64,000 nt of DNA from Candidatus Cloacimonadales bacterium (GCA_963662275.1 OY759316.1:1664001-1728000); one strand, 5' to 3'. Numbered from the stretch's first letter, positions 11,101 to 20,935 are shown. Numbers and translations are program-made. The notes: a model not told the origin generated them from the letters alone.

Positions 11101-12731
11101 GGTTGAATATTCAAGAATCTGAGATTGTTAGTATACAAAAAACTGAAGAAATCCTAACAACGGTTTATAATGTACTGAAACCCATTTTAGAAAAAACACC
11201 ATTTCCATTACCAGACTGGTTGAAAGGACTTCAATTTAAGTCAAAGATTTGGACGCTGAAAAGTACTTTTTCCCCTAAAAACAAAGTATTCATTCCAGAT
11301 TGTGGTACATTAGTAGAAGCATTCCATAGCCATGACATCGAGTTTATGTGGTATCCTGAAGGTTCATATAACCCGTGGAATGCATTTCACAGAACTTTCA
11401 ATATAAGGTCATTGAGAACTACTGTACAGACAAAACGACAAAGTATTGAGTATTCAGAAAAAGTGCAATCTAACACGTATTTTACGAGTTCAGCTAAGAA
11501 GCTTATTGCTGTTAAGTTAAAAGAAGAACAACGACCAATATATGATTTGTTATATGGTGACGGTCGTTTGAAGAAGTTGATGACAATAATTGAGTTAAAG
11601 ACTCAAGTTATCAAAGTTTCTTATACCTTGGATAGTATATCTGAAATACTGGAAAGAGATTGTTATTGGGACACAGTGGAAAATTCAATATTCTACACAG
11701 AAGAGTGCAGTAAGTATTTGATTGCTAAACATGTCGCCGAAGAATTAAACACGTCTAAAATGAATGATTTGCTTAATTTATTACAATCCTGTTTATCTTC
11801 TACTGAAAAAGAATTGTATGCTCTACTCAAAGAAGAAAACTGGAGTATACCCGAAGAAATCAAATTGATTCTGAATGAAATAGAACTGATTGAAGATATA
11901 TCAAAATCTGAACCTGAGTCTCAAGTTGTTGATGAACAATCACCTAAACTATCAGCTACCGAAAATGAGCAAATACACAATACTGAGCCACATTATAGTA
12001 TGCAACAACAGCTCCAGAGAAACAAACAAGTGCAAAGCATTCATAGTGATGGTTTCAATCCAAAACCAACAATGGAGTCAATTCAAAATTCATTTAGTGG
12101 TGCTTCATCCAAAGTACAACGAAATAAATCCTCTGATGAAAATGATACTATAGAACAATCAACTGATTATTCGCTTCTGATTTCAAAGCGATTTAGTAGT
12201 AATGATAAGCCTATAGTAGACTTAATTGAAGTGCCAGATGAAGTAGTCAATCCTGCTAGGAGAAGAGCAAAAGAACTCCAAAATCACCAAACTAGAATTG
12301 CAAATGAACCTGACCATGAAAGTCGTAGAAGAATTGTTGAAAAAGCAATTCTTGAAGGTCCTGATGAGAGCATTAGAATGAGTCTTCTAGACTGGTATCG
12401 AGGTAAATGCCAAATTTGTGGTTGTGATAATGGGTTTATACAAAGAAATGGATATCCGTACTATATTTCAACATATATTGTAGAAAGGAAGTTTGCTTCA
12501 CATGCAGACAATAAAGGCAATGCGTTATGCTTATGCGCTGAACATTTCGCTAAACTGAATCTTGCAAGAGAAAATAATCAAAATGATTTAATCAATCAGC
12601 TTCATGAGTTAAGCACTGAGAATGGCAATCAAGATGTTCATTTTATCCTCTATGGTAAACCAGAAAGAATTAGATTTGTTAAAGATCATATTATAGCCCT
12701 TCAAACATACTTAAATAAATTAGGAGTATAA
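8154..12731 (+). CDS. Sacsin/NOV-like GHKL ATPase with C-terminal HNH-like domain
   Basis: HFIFELIQNVEDN, GEKGIGFKSVF, GLPFIINADF; C-terminal CQICG...GNALCLCAEH. Confidence 0.8.
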   Translation: MSKQFEDIKQIRRDKYLLDDSEYSKVIIPMYQTLKNILGSLAEDLNSKETHFIFELIQNVEDNYYDNCKPSLSIHLLRHDPTNTPNSDGALLIVNNEIGFNYSNIDAICDAKHSTKKDITGYIGEKGIGFKSVFKVTTTPHIISGGYQIRLPKELKYSDLGYIVPEWVEDIPIGIDTTKTNIILPLDVENYGFNSMAKYLRDFSPVTFLFLSKLTELNFASDDGFKRSILKEGTANGITTIKVNGYNGDEMIDYSSRYLMFYDDYKRPADLHEPERKNVKTSRMYIALPLDADNEEGKLFAYLPLNTETGLPFIINADFIITSSRDTLHEDRPWNCWLRDNLNDLYLSAFSHWVQSTDQLLNLFYYVPLETNSDFFKPVIQPIIEGLKSKKIVPTEPFQEGQDVFLEIHYKVFRPLSKFRELLNRDGYPQELLQNRILHEALDKDKLSEVWSKLGVETISSDSIIQCFKDNHWLEKQSLEWFEEAHIFLSSLEIDTEILRECSIIPIADGSKFTLSNCKKQQIFFAGASQFDDLLTKTPSFISVSVGFMSEELYSRIMENDKLMKWYKEVMEVKELTLDSYIKEIVGFLHHNDLQWSDEEILEATEFLIDSGCGKSLLSDMPLLINDGTRKSKNEKKEIVTPMGLDIESGWQNIFVSDDDRQHLLILSDKYLSIEESKIGKCFEMLSATESPLLRTDNLKDLYRDTEFYDYDLIVSEDKFSTNELKELKRIAYRSTGNKRHMMELERIISPSIIYKSISECLSISILKWLKGISKRGKDNDYSLKNKLLSKITYKYRNEGPEPIDSELLIFLKTRPWLTTNTGFCIPRETFQMKDGIYEELKDAVPYAPKDLPDSIIRLLEINTEVTLTHLYALLKHHSEHNTGTLALVQSLYFALNRRLLNADSNQLNAVKEFAKQRVILNPSETENRWVYRKNSIWSDRSDLFGDEFIYLSSIYSQKLKDFFIQRLGVEEDASEEHYATLWLNIQESEIVSIQKTEEILTTVYNVLKPILEKTPFPLPDWLKGLQFKSKIWTLKSTFSPKNKVFIPDCGTLVEAFHSHDIEFMWYPEGSYNPWNAFHRTFNIRSLRTTVQTKRQSIEYSEKVQSNTYFTSSAKKLIAVKLKEEQRPIYDLLYGDGRLKKLMTIIELKTQVIKVSYTLDSISEILERDCYWDTVENSIFYTEECSKYLIAKHVAEELNTSKMNDLLNLLQSCLSSTEKELYALLKEENWSIPEEIKLILNEIELIEDISKSEPESQVVDEQSPKLSATENEQIHNTEPHYSMQQQLQRNKQVQSIHSDGFNPKPTMESIQNSFSGASSKVQRNKSSDENDTIEQSTDYSLLISKRFSSNDKPIVDLIEVPDEVVNPARRRAKELQNHQTRIANEPDHESRRRIVEKAILEGPDESIRMSLLDWYRGKCQICGCDNGFIQRNGYPYYISTYIVERKFASHADNKGNALCLCAEHFAKLNLARENNQNDLINQLHELSTENGNQDVHFILYGKPERIRFVKDHIIALQTYLNKLGV

Positions 12732-12997
12732 AATGACACTTGTCTGTGATGTTAAGAATAATATGTGTAAAAGATTTCAAAGTAATGAGTGACGGAGAAG
12801 AGCTTTAAGAATGGAAAGATTGAAAAGAGGAGATTGATATCCACATTTTCATAAATCTTGACATCAAACCAAGTTCTATGATTATTCATTAATAAGAATA
12901 ATCGATAATATGAAAATGATAAACGGGGAATGAAAATTAGACTTGACTTTGCAAATTAACTAAGATTATAGAGTTAATCAAAAAAAGGTGTAGCTAA

Positions 12998-14320
12998 ATG
13001 GCGCATATTCATATTGAGAATTTTAATCAGATTTCTTTATTTGATGCTGACATTACTGACTTGATGGTTTTCATTGGACCGCAAGCAAGTGGTAAAAGCA
13101 CATTAAGCAAATTGATATACTTTTTTAAAGCAATTCCGCAAGAAGTAGTTATGAATTTATTTGGGAAGCTTTCTAATAAAGGAGATCAAGATTATTTAGA
13201 TGGATTATTAGATGCATTGCGAAAGAAATTTGAGCGAATATTCATAACTCATACATTTAGTAAAAAATTCAGAATTGATTATCATTTTCATGAAAATGCG
13301 ATCATTACTATTTCAATTCAGGACAGTCCAGGAATAACAATCTCTTTATCAACTCCACTACGAAAGAGCCTTGAAAGTACATCAGAAATAATAAAGCCGT
13401 CTATTAAAACTATTAATGAACATGAAATATCCGACACGAATTCATCTGAAAGAACTGATATCTCATCTTTTGGACAACGAATTATGATTAGACAGATTGT
13501 TGAAGATGCATTTAAGGATTATTGCCAACCGCTATTTATTCCTGCAGGAAGAAGCATTGTTTCATTTATTCCAGATATTACGGCTTTGAGGACTTATGAA
13601 GAGATTACACATAAAAAAGCTCTTTTTCTTGATCTTGTTATGTCACAATTCTTCTTTTCGACAGCTAATATCCGGGACTACTTTGAAACTGAATATAGCT
13701 TAAGAACAGAAGTGAAAGAAAATAGCAGTTCAAATGCAATTCAAGAACTAATCGCAGATAAAATCAGAAAGATAATAAAAGGTGATTATGAAGCAAATGA
13801 CAATGGAGATTGCATTTACTACTCTCCAAACGAATGGATTACACTTTTAGCTGCTTCATCGGGTCAGCAAGAATCAATATGGATTTTATTAGCAATTTAT
13901 TTCAATTTTATAGAAATTAATTTCCAAAGAACATTTTCTGTTATTGAAGAACCTGAAGCTCATCTGTTTCCAGATGCCCAAAGAGATATTGCAGAGCTGT
14001 TAGTTTTGTTTAGTAATTTGGAAAATAACCAAATGATTATTACAACACACAGTCCCTATATACTGACTTCGCTCAATAATTTGATCTATGCTTTCCAGGT
14101 AGGTCTGAAAAAGCCAAAAGAAGTACAAAAGATTATAGATAAAAATTACTGGCTAAACCCTAAGAAAGTCAGTGTTTACTTCCTTGACCCCAATGCACCT
14201 GTATTTGCCAGATCAATTATGGATTCAGAATTGAATCTAATTAAGGCAGAGGAGATTGATGCTATTTCTTCTAAGTTGAATGATATATTTGATAAATTGG
14301 AAGACATTGAGAATTCATAA
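12998..14320 (+). CDS. ABC/AAA_15-AAA_21 family ATPase
   Basis: Walker A GPQASGKS, signature ASSGQQ, Walker B IEEPEAHL, TTHS H-loop. Confidence 0.85.
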   Translation: MAHIHIENFNQISLFDADITDLMVFIGPQASGKSTLSKLIYFFKAIPQEVVMNLFGKLSNKGDQDYLDGLLDALRKKFERIFITHTFSKKFRIDYHFHENAIITISIQDSPGITISLSTPLRKSLESTSEIIKPSIKTINEHEISDTNSSERTDISSFGQRIMIRQIVEDAFKDYCQPLFIPAGRSIVSFIPDITALRTYEEITHKKALFLDLVMSQFFFSTANIRDYFETEYSLRTEVKENSSSNAIQELIADKIRKIIKGDYEANDNGDCIYYSPNEWITLLAASSGQQESIWILLAIYFNFIEINFQRTFSVIEEPEAHLFPDAQRDIAELLVLFSNLENNQMIITTHSPYILTSLNNLIYAFQVGLKKPKEVQKIIDKNYWLNPKKVSVYFLDPNAPVFARSIMDSELNLIKAEEIDAISSKLNDIFDKLEDIENS

Positions 14321-14769
14321 TGTCTAATTGTATTCCAAATTATCAGGAGAGCATAGAGCAATCCGGCAAACATCAGATAATTGTATGTCAGGAGAAAAAT
14401 CGGGTATTTGAACTCACAAACGCTAATAGTCATCATTTCGAGAAAGTTAAAATAGATAAGGGATTGATATCTCAAAAAGATCCGAGAAAACGCTGTGATT
14501 TTGGGATTTATTTTAACCAATTAAATATCTGTTATTTAATTGAATTAAAAGGCAGTGATTTTCGCGAAGCAGTTTCTCAAATCAACTCAACCCTTGATAT
14601 TTTTGCACAACATCTATCTTCTGTAGATCATGTCAATGCAAGGATAGTTTATAAGAAATCAACACCAGATATCAGAGACACAGCTAGCATTAAATTAAAA
14701 AGCAGAGTAGAAAAACAATTCAAGGGTACGTTTCTATATAGTACAATAAAGATGACTGAATCTATCTGA
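14320..14769 (+). CDS. Small PD-(D/E)xK-type nuclease partner of the ATPase
   Basis: D...RCDF...IELKG motif; start overlaps the ATPase stop. Confidence 0.6.
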   Translation: MSNCIPNYQESIEQSGKHQIIVCQEKNRVFELTNANSHHFEKVKIDKGLISQKDPRKRCDFGIYFNQLNICYLIELKGSDFREAVSQINSTLDIFAQHLSSVDHVNARIVYKKSTPDIRDTASIKLKSRVEKQFKGTFLYSTIKMTESI

Positions 14770-14977
14770 TTAAAACGTAACTAATTCCTTCTATAAATAT
14801 TTCGGACTAAGAGAGGGCATAGGGTACGCTCCAACAGAGCCACTTAATTTGGAGGTGATAGCCACCTTACTTTTGGGAATATATGATTTATTAGGCTTTT
14901 TCGAAGTCAGTAAGAAAAACAGAATCTAACTGTCCCTCTTGAAGAAGGTTGTAGGTGGTTGGGTGTTGGTTGTAGAA

Positions 14978-15183
14978 CAGAGCATAGCCGTTTGAAAACA
15001 GCGTTCTGACAGATGTCACCCCTAAAGAGGTTTGGAATGGGATTATGTTGCATGCTTCCTGTGGTTCCACTTCGTTCCACTACAGGCTATCGGATCTCAT
15101 CTCTACGAGATTCAATTGAATGTTTGAGTCTCATTTCACCGGATTGAAATCCAGTGTTAATATGCTTCTTCCCTCTGGGAATT
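14978..15183. repeat. ~200-bp composite palindromic element, copy 1 (copy 2 at 17143-17263 + 19160-19231 is split by IS1182)
   Basis: Both copies share cagagcatagccgtttgaaaacag...gatgtcacccctaaag...caggctatcggat...caccggattgaaatccagtgttaatatg..tcttccct.tgggaatt. Confidence 0.85.
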
Positions 15184-15326
15184 TGCTGTCGGAACGCTTA
15201 ATTTAAGCTATGAGATTTCACTCCTGTGGAGTTTCGTATTTCCTAACTTTCTCATAAATCTTGACATCATAACAATGTTATATGATTTTTCATTACAGAA
15301 AGTAACCGATAATGAATGAGGCATAA

Positions 15327-16406
15327 ATGAACAGTTTAAATAATAGCGATAATCATTTTTTGAAAACACTAGAAATTCATGATTACAAGTGTTTTAAAAA
15401 CTTGTATATTACTACAAATCTAGAATTTGAGAGAGTAAATCTTATAAGTGGTAATAACAACATTGGGAAAACCGCATTGCTAGAATCATTGTTACTTTTC
15501 TCTTTTGAACGTCAAACACATAGTGATTCTTCCGAGGTTAAGCATAGTGAGCGATATCTTGCAAATGTAATTTATCAAATATTAAGCAATAGGAAATGCT
15601 TTGAATTAACAGAATCTGAAAAACTACAAAATTCTCCTTTCCCTTCATATAAACTGCTAAAATCCTTTCGAGATAGAACTCCCAGTTTCTACATATGTTC
15701 ATATGAGAAACATGTAAGAAATTTAAGACCTATATTCAGTTTAAAGATGGATTCAAGATCTTTTGAGATATTCAATGCAAATGAATATTCGGTTAATTTC
15801 GAAAATCTCGATATCGAATTATTTGATTTAAGTTTCAATGCCTTTTTTGGTACAGCTAATGGATTTGAACGAAATCTTCCTACATTAATAAATGCTGCCA
15901 AGAAAGCATTTAAGATAGACAGCATTAACAAATCAATCAATCAATTTGATTCAAGATTTGATGAAGTCGATGTGATTGACAAAGAAGTTATGCTAAAAAA
16001 TCAAAAAGAATCCAAATACGAATCCATTCATAACGTTGGGGCTGGTTACGAAAGGTACATTTCGATGCTTGCTGCAATCTGGGCATATTCGGGGCAAATC
16101 CTGTTTATTGATGAAATAGAAAATGGACTGCATTACAGCAAATATAAAATGCTTTGGGAATTGATATTTAAAGTAAGTAAGGAAGCCAATTGCCAGGTAT
16201 TTGCCACAACTCATTCATTGGAATGCATCAAAGCTTACAATACAGTTCAAATGCGTGAGGATATGTCAGAGGCGTCTGAAGGTACAGCCTATTATGAATT
16301 GTTCAAAGAAGAGGATACCGGAAAGATTGATATCTTCAAACTGGATAAAGATCTTTTAGATTATAGTCTAAAGAGTGGGAAGGGTATTCGCGGTGAGCAA
16401 GAGTAG
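15327..16406 (+). CDS. ABC/AAA_15-AAA_21 family ATPase
   Basis: GNNNIGKT, VGAG, FIDEIENGLH, ATTHS. Confidence 0.85.
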   Translation: MNSLNNSDNHFLKTLEIHDYKCFKNLYITTNLEFERVNLISGNNNIGKTALLESLLLFSFERQTHSDSSEVKHSERYLANVIYQILSNRKCFELTESEKLQNSPFPSYKLLKSFRDRTPSFYICSYEKHVRNLRPIFSLKMDSRSFEIFNANEYSVNFENLDIELFDLSFNAFFGTANGFERNLPTLINAAKKAFKIDSINKSINQFDSRFDEVDVIDKEVMLKNQKESKYESIHNVGAGYERYISMLAAIWAYSGQILFIDEIENGLHYSKYKMLWELIFKVSKEANCQVFATTHSLECIKAYNTVQMREDMSEASEGTAYYELFKEEDTGKIDIFKLDKDLLDYSLKSGKGIRGEQE

Positions 16407-17085
16407 GATCTTTGTTGAAGGGACAAGCGACGCTACATTCATTCGACAACTTATTAAGAAGAAATTCGGTATTGAATCCGTACAAGTTGAATCGACGGTT
16501 GATGAAGATGCTGAATGTCTGTTTGATATTGATCCTATAGGTGGTAACTTAAGTGAACCAGCTTTAAGAGAACCGATAAGAAATGTAATAAACCGAATGC
16601 CTAAGCATAAGAATGTCAATACAATTGCCATCATTGTTGATGCTGACAATAACATCGATGATAAACGTATTTTGTTTGGGCAATTGATGACAGAATTAGA
16701 ATTTCAATGTATCGCTCCAGATGAATATCAACATGCGAGAGAAAACCTAACAGTAAAATGCTTTTTCATTGGTATTAAGACTGGAGATTCGGTTGTTGGA
16801 GAGCTTGAAGATATTCTTACCTTGATAAGAAAGTCAGAAACTACACATCATGCTGATTGTTTGGATAAATGGAATGAATGCCTTAATGCTAAAGATAAGC
16901 CATTTAATGCAAAAGCTCTTAAGAAGTTGAAGACCTATTTCTATTGGCGTTTTGATATTTTCAAATCTAATCAAAGTAATGCCAAAGAGAATTGCACGTT
17001 TGAGAAATCATTTGATAAGGATGGTTGGGATTTAGAGCATCCGATATTAGAAGAACTAACGGCATTCCTTGCTTCCTTGGTATAA
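16393..17085 (+). CDS. DUF3226-like TOPRIM-fold protein
   Basis: IFVEGTSD, IIVDAD, GELED. Likely GTG start at 16393 overlapping the ATPase end. Confidence 0.65.
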   Translation: MSKSRIFVEGTSDATFIRQLIKKKFGIESVQVESTVDEDAECLFDIDPIGGNLSEPALREPIRNVINRMPKHKNVNTIAIIVDADNNIDDKRILFGQLMTELEFQCIAPDEYQHARENLTVKCFFIGIKTGDSVVGELEDILTLIRKSETTHHADCLDKWNECLNAKDKPFNAKALKKLKTYFYWRFDIFKSNQSNAKENCTFEKSFDKDGWDLEHPILEELTAFLASLV

Positions 17086-17263
17086 CAATTACAAATACGA
17101 GTCCAAAAGAAGATGGGTCTACTTCCGCAGACCCCTACATTGCAGAGCATAGCCGTTTGAAAACAGAGTTCCGGTAGATGTCACCCCTAAAGGGGGTTGG
17201 GAATGGGGGTGTGTCGCATGTTTCCTGAGGTTTCGCTTCGCTCCACCACAGGCTATCGGATTT

Positions 17264-19159
17264 CGGAGATGTCCCGAAACTAGCATGATTTTATTTTCTT
17301 CTGTTGTAAAATATGTGATTGTTTTTACAGGCAAACTAAATTACTCAATAGTTTCCGAAAAGCGATGCAAAGACAAGGAAAAACGGAGTAATATTTACCT
17401 AATTCATGTTTGAATTCTGGTAGGAAGAGTCTTCATCAGGCTTTTCCTTCAGTATTTTGTAAGTGCAGAAACATTTTCCCTATATTATGTCCTAAAAAGA
17501 GGAGGGATAACTGTTCCTTGCATTTTCTCAATGAACGGACAGTAAATCTCTCAAACTTCCTGTTCCACTTCATGAAAGCAAATACAGCCTCCGGTTCGAT
17601 GCCTCTTTGCTTTCTCAGCTTGTCGCCTTTTTCAGAAAGCAGATTATTGACGGTCTGACGTTTTAGTGGAGCTATATGAGGATCGTAGGTCAGTGATTTA
17701 TGTGTTTTATCCTTGTAGGGAATACACTTTTTATTGTGAGGACATTCTCTGCAGTCATTACATATATAGGTTTTCACGATTCGTTTCGGACCGTTCTTCT
17801 CTGTCTCTTCTTCCTTGATTTTGACCAGTCTCCGATTAAATTGACAGACCCACTCATCATGCTCCTCATCATAGCTGAAGCCTGTCAGAAGAGAGTCCCG
17901 ATAATCTCTCTTATAATCCTGGGTCTTGAGATAGCTTGTTATCTCTTTTTCAGCAGCATAATTCAAATTCAGCGCAGTGCCATAGGCAGCATCTCCAACA
18001 ACGTCGGTAGGATATTGTCCCAATTCATCATGCATTTGCTCCATGAGATTGGGAAATTCAACGGTTTCTTTAGGGATATTGAATAAGTGAATGCCTGTGA
18101 CAAATTGCTCTGAAGTTCCGATACTGGCAACATAACCCGGTGCCAGCTGTCCATTTTTCAATCGCATAAATGTGGCATCATTATCAGTCTTGGATGTGCT
18201 GCTGCGTCCTTCTCCAATTATCTCAAGCTGTTGCTCATATTTCTCCAGCTTAGTTATATCATTGCTCTTTGATTTGGAGATTTCGCGCAAAAGAGATTTG
18301 ATTTTCTTGATAGCCCGAGTATCTGACGGATGATTTTTCTGTAGTCGGGACATTGCTTCTTTCAGCTTGTTTTCTGCTGAGACCAGTCTATCTCTGATCT
18401 GTTCAGATGCGACTGTAGCAGTTTTCTCTGATTCAACCGCATGCAATTGCTCACCAAGCTCAAGAAGATCAGCGGTTCCATATTGCTGTTGCTCTTCCTG
18501 ATTATATTCCTCGATCTTTTTAAACAATCCCTCAACTCGTGTCTTGACCAGTTCCTGATAACGAAGCGCATTGCTTTTCCAGATGTAGGAATTCTTGCCG
18601 GCATTTGCGTGAATCGTCGTCCCGTCAACAAAACAGGTGTCGAGATCAAGATATCCTAATGATGATGCTTTCAGTACTACCTGATAAAATACATCAATAA
18701 GAATATCAGAACACTTAGTCCAGGCAAAGGTGTTGATCGTTCTGAAATCAGGTTCCTGTTCTCCTGCCAGCCAGATAAAATTGATGTTCTCCCGAACAGC
18801 CTTAGCTATCTTCCGACAGGTATAAATACCATTGATATAGGCGTATACAATGATCTTCAACATCATCTTGGGATGATAAGCAGGTGTACCTTCATCAGAG
18901 TATCTTGTATATAGCTCAGATAAGTCCAGTTGCTCAACGACATCGTTAACATAACGAACCATGTGCTGGGGAGGTATTCTCTCTTCAATATTAAGTCCAT
19001 AGAGTGTCCCCTGATTCGGATTGTGCTCTCTGAAATTCATAATTCTCTCTATGCTTAGTTTTTAAAGGCAACAATACACCCTATAACAATATGTCAAGAT
19101 ATATAACTAATTATTTAATAGTTGCTATTTTTCTATCATTTAGTTTCGGGACATCTCCG
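17264..19159 (-). mobile_element. IS1182-family insertion sequence
   Basis: Perfect 19-bp terminal inverted repeats, cggagatgtcccgaaacta (17264-17282) and tagtttcgggacatctccg (19141-19159), around a transposase. Confidence 0.9.
17436..19040 (-). CDS. IS1182 family DDE transposase
   Basis: GTPAYHPKMMLK, PDFRTI, VDGT, SKTDNDATFM, GDAAYG, IEPEAVF. Confidence 0.92.
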   Translation of the reverse strand: MNFREHNPNQGTLYGLNIEERIPPQHMVRYVNDVVEQLDLSELYTRYSDEGTPAYHPKMMLKIIVYAYINGIYTCRKIAKAVRENINFIWLAGEQEPDFRTINTFAWTKCSDILIDVFYQVVLKASSLGYLDLDTCFVDGTTIHANAGKNSYIWKSNALRYQELVKTRVEGLFKKIEEYNQEEQQQYGTADLLELGEQLHAVESEKTATVASEQIRDRLVSAENKLKEAMSRLQKNHPSDTRAIKKIKSLLREISKSKSNDITKLEKYEQQLEIIGEGRSSTSKTDNDATFMRLKNGQLAPGYVASIGTSEQFVTGIHLFNIPKETVEFPNLMEQMHDELGQYPTDVVGDAAYGTALNLNYAAEKEITSYLKTQDYKRDYRDSLLTGFSYDEEHDEWVCQFNRRLVKIKEEETEKNGPKRIVKTYICNDCRECPHNKKCIPYKDKTHKSLTYDPHIAPLKRQTVNNLLSEKGDKLRKQRGIEPEAVFAFMKWNRKFERFTVRSLRKCKEQLSLLFLGHNIGKMFLHLQNTEGKA

Positions 19160-19257
19160 CGAAGAATAGTGTCGGGTCTCGTTGCACCGGATTGAAATCC
19201 AGTGTTAATATGTTTCTTCCCTTTGGGAATTCGGAATATCTCACGCAACCCTAAAAC

Positions 19258-20616
19258 TCAGATAAACGAACCCAGTAATACAATAGCTAGTATTCCCATA
19301 ACAACAAAAGCGGTCCATAACCCCAACTTTGACATCCACCCGCTTTTATGAACACCCATAATATTTTCACGGCTGGAAACTCTTGCGATTAAATAAATAA
19401 GCGGGACGGCTGCAACGCCATTAAAGACAGCGGTAAAGACTAAAGCCTTAATAGGATCAAAACCGATGAAATTAAACATCAAACCAACCAAAGTACCGAT
19501 TATAATGATAAAATAGAAATTACGAGACTGTTTGAATTTATGATACAGTCCTTCTTTCCAACTCAAAGTTTCGGCTACCGCATAAGCAGATGAACCGGCA
19601 AGAACGGGAATGGCTTGAAGACCAATACCGATAATCCCGATAGAAAAGATTAACTTAGCCAAATAGCCGGCGTTAGGAAATGTGTTGACTAATGGCTCTA
19701 GCGCTTTAGCAGCATCTGCCGCCGTATTAATATTGGTTATGCCCGCACGATTGAGCACTACAGCTCCAACAATAATAATAAACCAAGCTGTTACATTAGA
19801 AAATAACATGCCTATAGCCGTATCAATTCGCAATCGCTTTAGATATGGTTTTGTCAGTTTAGGGATACCTCCTTTTTGTGGTAATCGCTTGTCGGCTATT
19901 TCATCCTCAACGACATTACTGGTTTGCCAAAAAAAAAGATAAGGTGAAATCGTTGTTCCAAAAATTGCGACAATAATGTAAATATATTCTTTTCTAAATT
20001 CAAAATGTGGAATAAGCGTTGCCTTAAGCGCTTCCGCCCATGGAACATTAATTAAAAAAGCGGTAATAAAATAGGCAAACAAAGCCATGGATAACCATTT
20101 AAGAAGATGAATATATTTACGATAAGGAATAAAAACCTCTAAGAGCATAATAAGTAAGGCTATCCCCACAGCCAAAACTGAATGGGAAACACCAGGAATA
20201 AGTAATTTAATGCTTGCCGCCATTGCCCCAATATCCGAACCGATATTTAAAGTATTGGCGCAAACAACCAGCAACACCACCGGGAAAAGTATTTTTTTAG
20301 AGTAATGATCACGAATTATTGCCGCCAATCCTTGACCCGTTACAGCGCCGATACGCATACAAGCTTCTTGAACTGCCGTCATTAAAGGATAGGTAAAAAG
20401 CATTGTCCATGGCAATTGCAAACCGAACTGTGCTCCGGCTTGAGAATAAGTGGCAATGCCGGATGGATCATCATCAGCAGCGCCAGTGATGATGCCCGGA
20501 CCTAAAATACGCAGAAATCGACTAATTCTTGTTGGACGCTGAGGTTTTGTTTTTTTAGTGCCTGAAAATTCGCTGGCTTCAGCCTCTTGAATTATTTCAT
20601 CAGGAAACTTAACCAT
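19258..20616 (-). CDS. NRAMP-family divalent metal transporter
   Basis: GPGIITGAADDDPSGIATYSQAG, GTTISPY; about 11 TM segments. Confidence 0.9.
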   Translation of the reverse strand: MVKFPDEIIQEAEASEFSGTKKTKPQRPTRISRFLRILGPGIITGAADDDPSGIATYSQAGAQFGLQLPWTMLFTYPLMTAVQEACMRIGAVTGQGLAAIIRDHYSKKILFPVVLLVVCANTLNIGSDIGAMAASIKLLIPGVSHSVLAVGIALLIMLLEVFIPYRKYIHLLKWLSMALFAYFITAFLINVPWAEALKATLIPHFEFRKEYIYIIVAIFGTTISPYLFFWQTSNVVEDEIADKRLPQKGGIPKLTKPYLKRLRIDTAIGMLFSNVTAWFIIIVGAVVLNRAGITNINTAADAAKALEPLVNTFPNAGYLAKLIFSIGIIGIGLQAIPVLAGSSAYAVAETLSWKEGLYHKFKQSRNFYFIIIIGTLVGLMFNFIGFDPIKALVFTAVFNGVAAVPLIYLIARVSSRENIMGVHKSGWMSKLGLWTAFVVMGILAIVLLGSFI

Positions 20617-20752
20617 ATTAATTGCTGCTTCGCATATTATCGACCGTGGTTGATGAAAGAGCTTGTTCCAGTTTTCTGATTTTCTCTTTGAGTGCTTTAT
20701 TAATGTCTTTCTCGCCTTTCATTTCAATCCTTACACTTTTTCTGATTAACTG

Positions 20753-20927
20753 CCTAACACCTAGCACCTAACACCTAGCACCTAACACCTAACACCTAAC
20801 ACCTAGCACCTAACACCTAACACCTAGCACCTAACACCTAGCACCTAACACCTAGCACCTAACACCTAGCACCTAACACCTAGCACCTAGCACCTAGCAC
20901 CTAACACCTAACACCTAGCACCTAGCC
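20753..20927. repeat. Heptamer tandem array CCTA[A/G]CA x25
   Basis: 175 bp of cctaaca/cctagca units. The same heptamer (reverse strand) occurs inside the 38.3-39.2 kb units. Confidence 0.95.
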
Positions 20928-20935
20928 TCTTCTGC

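Noticed and set aside
4584..12731. DISARM, Zorya or BREX assignment
   Set aside because: No methylase, DUF1998, ZorAB or PglZ genes in the window.
14820..14878. Two agccac motifs ~23 bp apart resembling an IS21-type end
   Set aside because: No partner end, istA/istB or target duplication; too weak to call.
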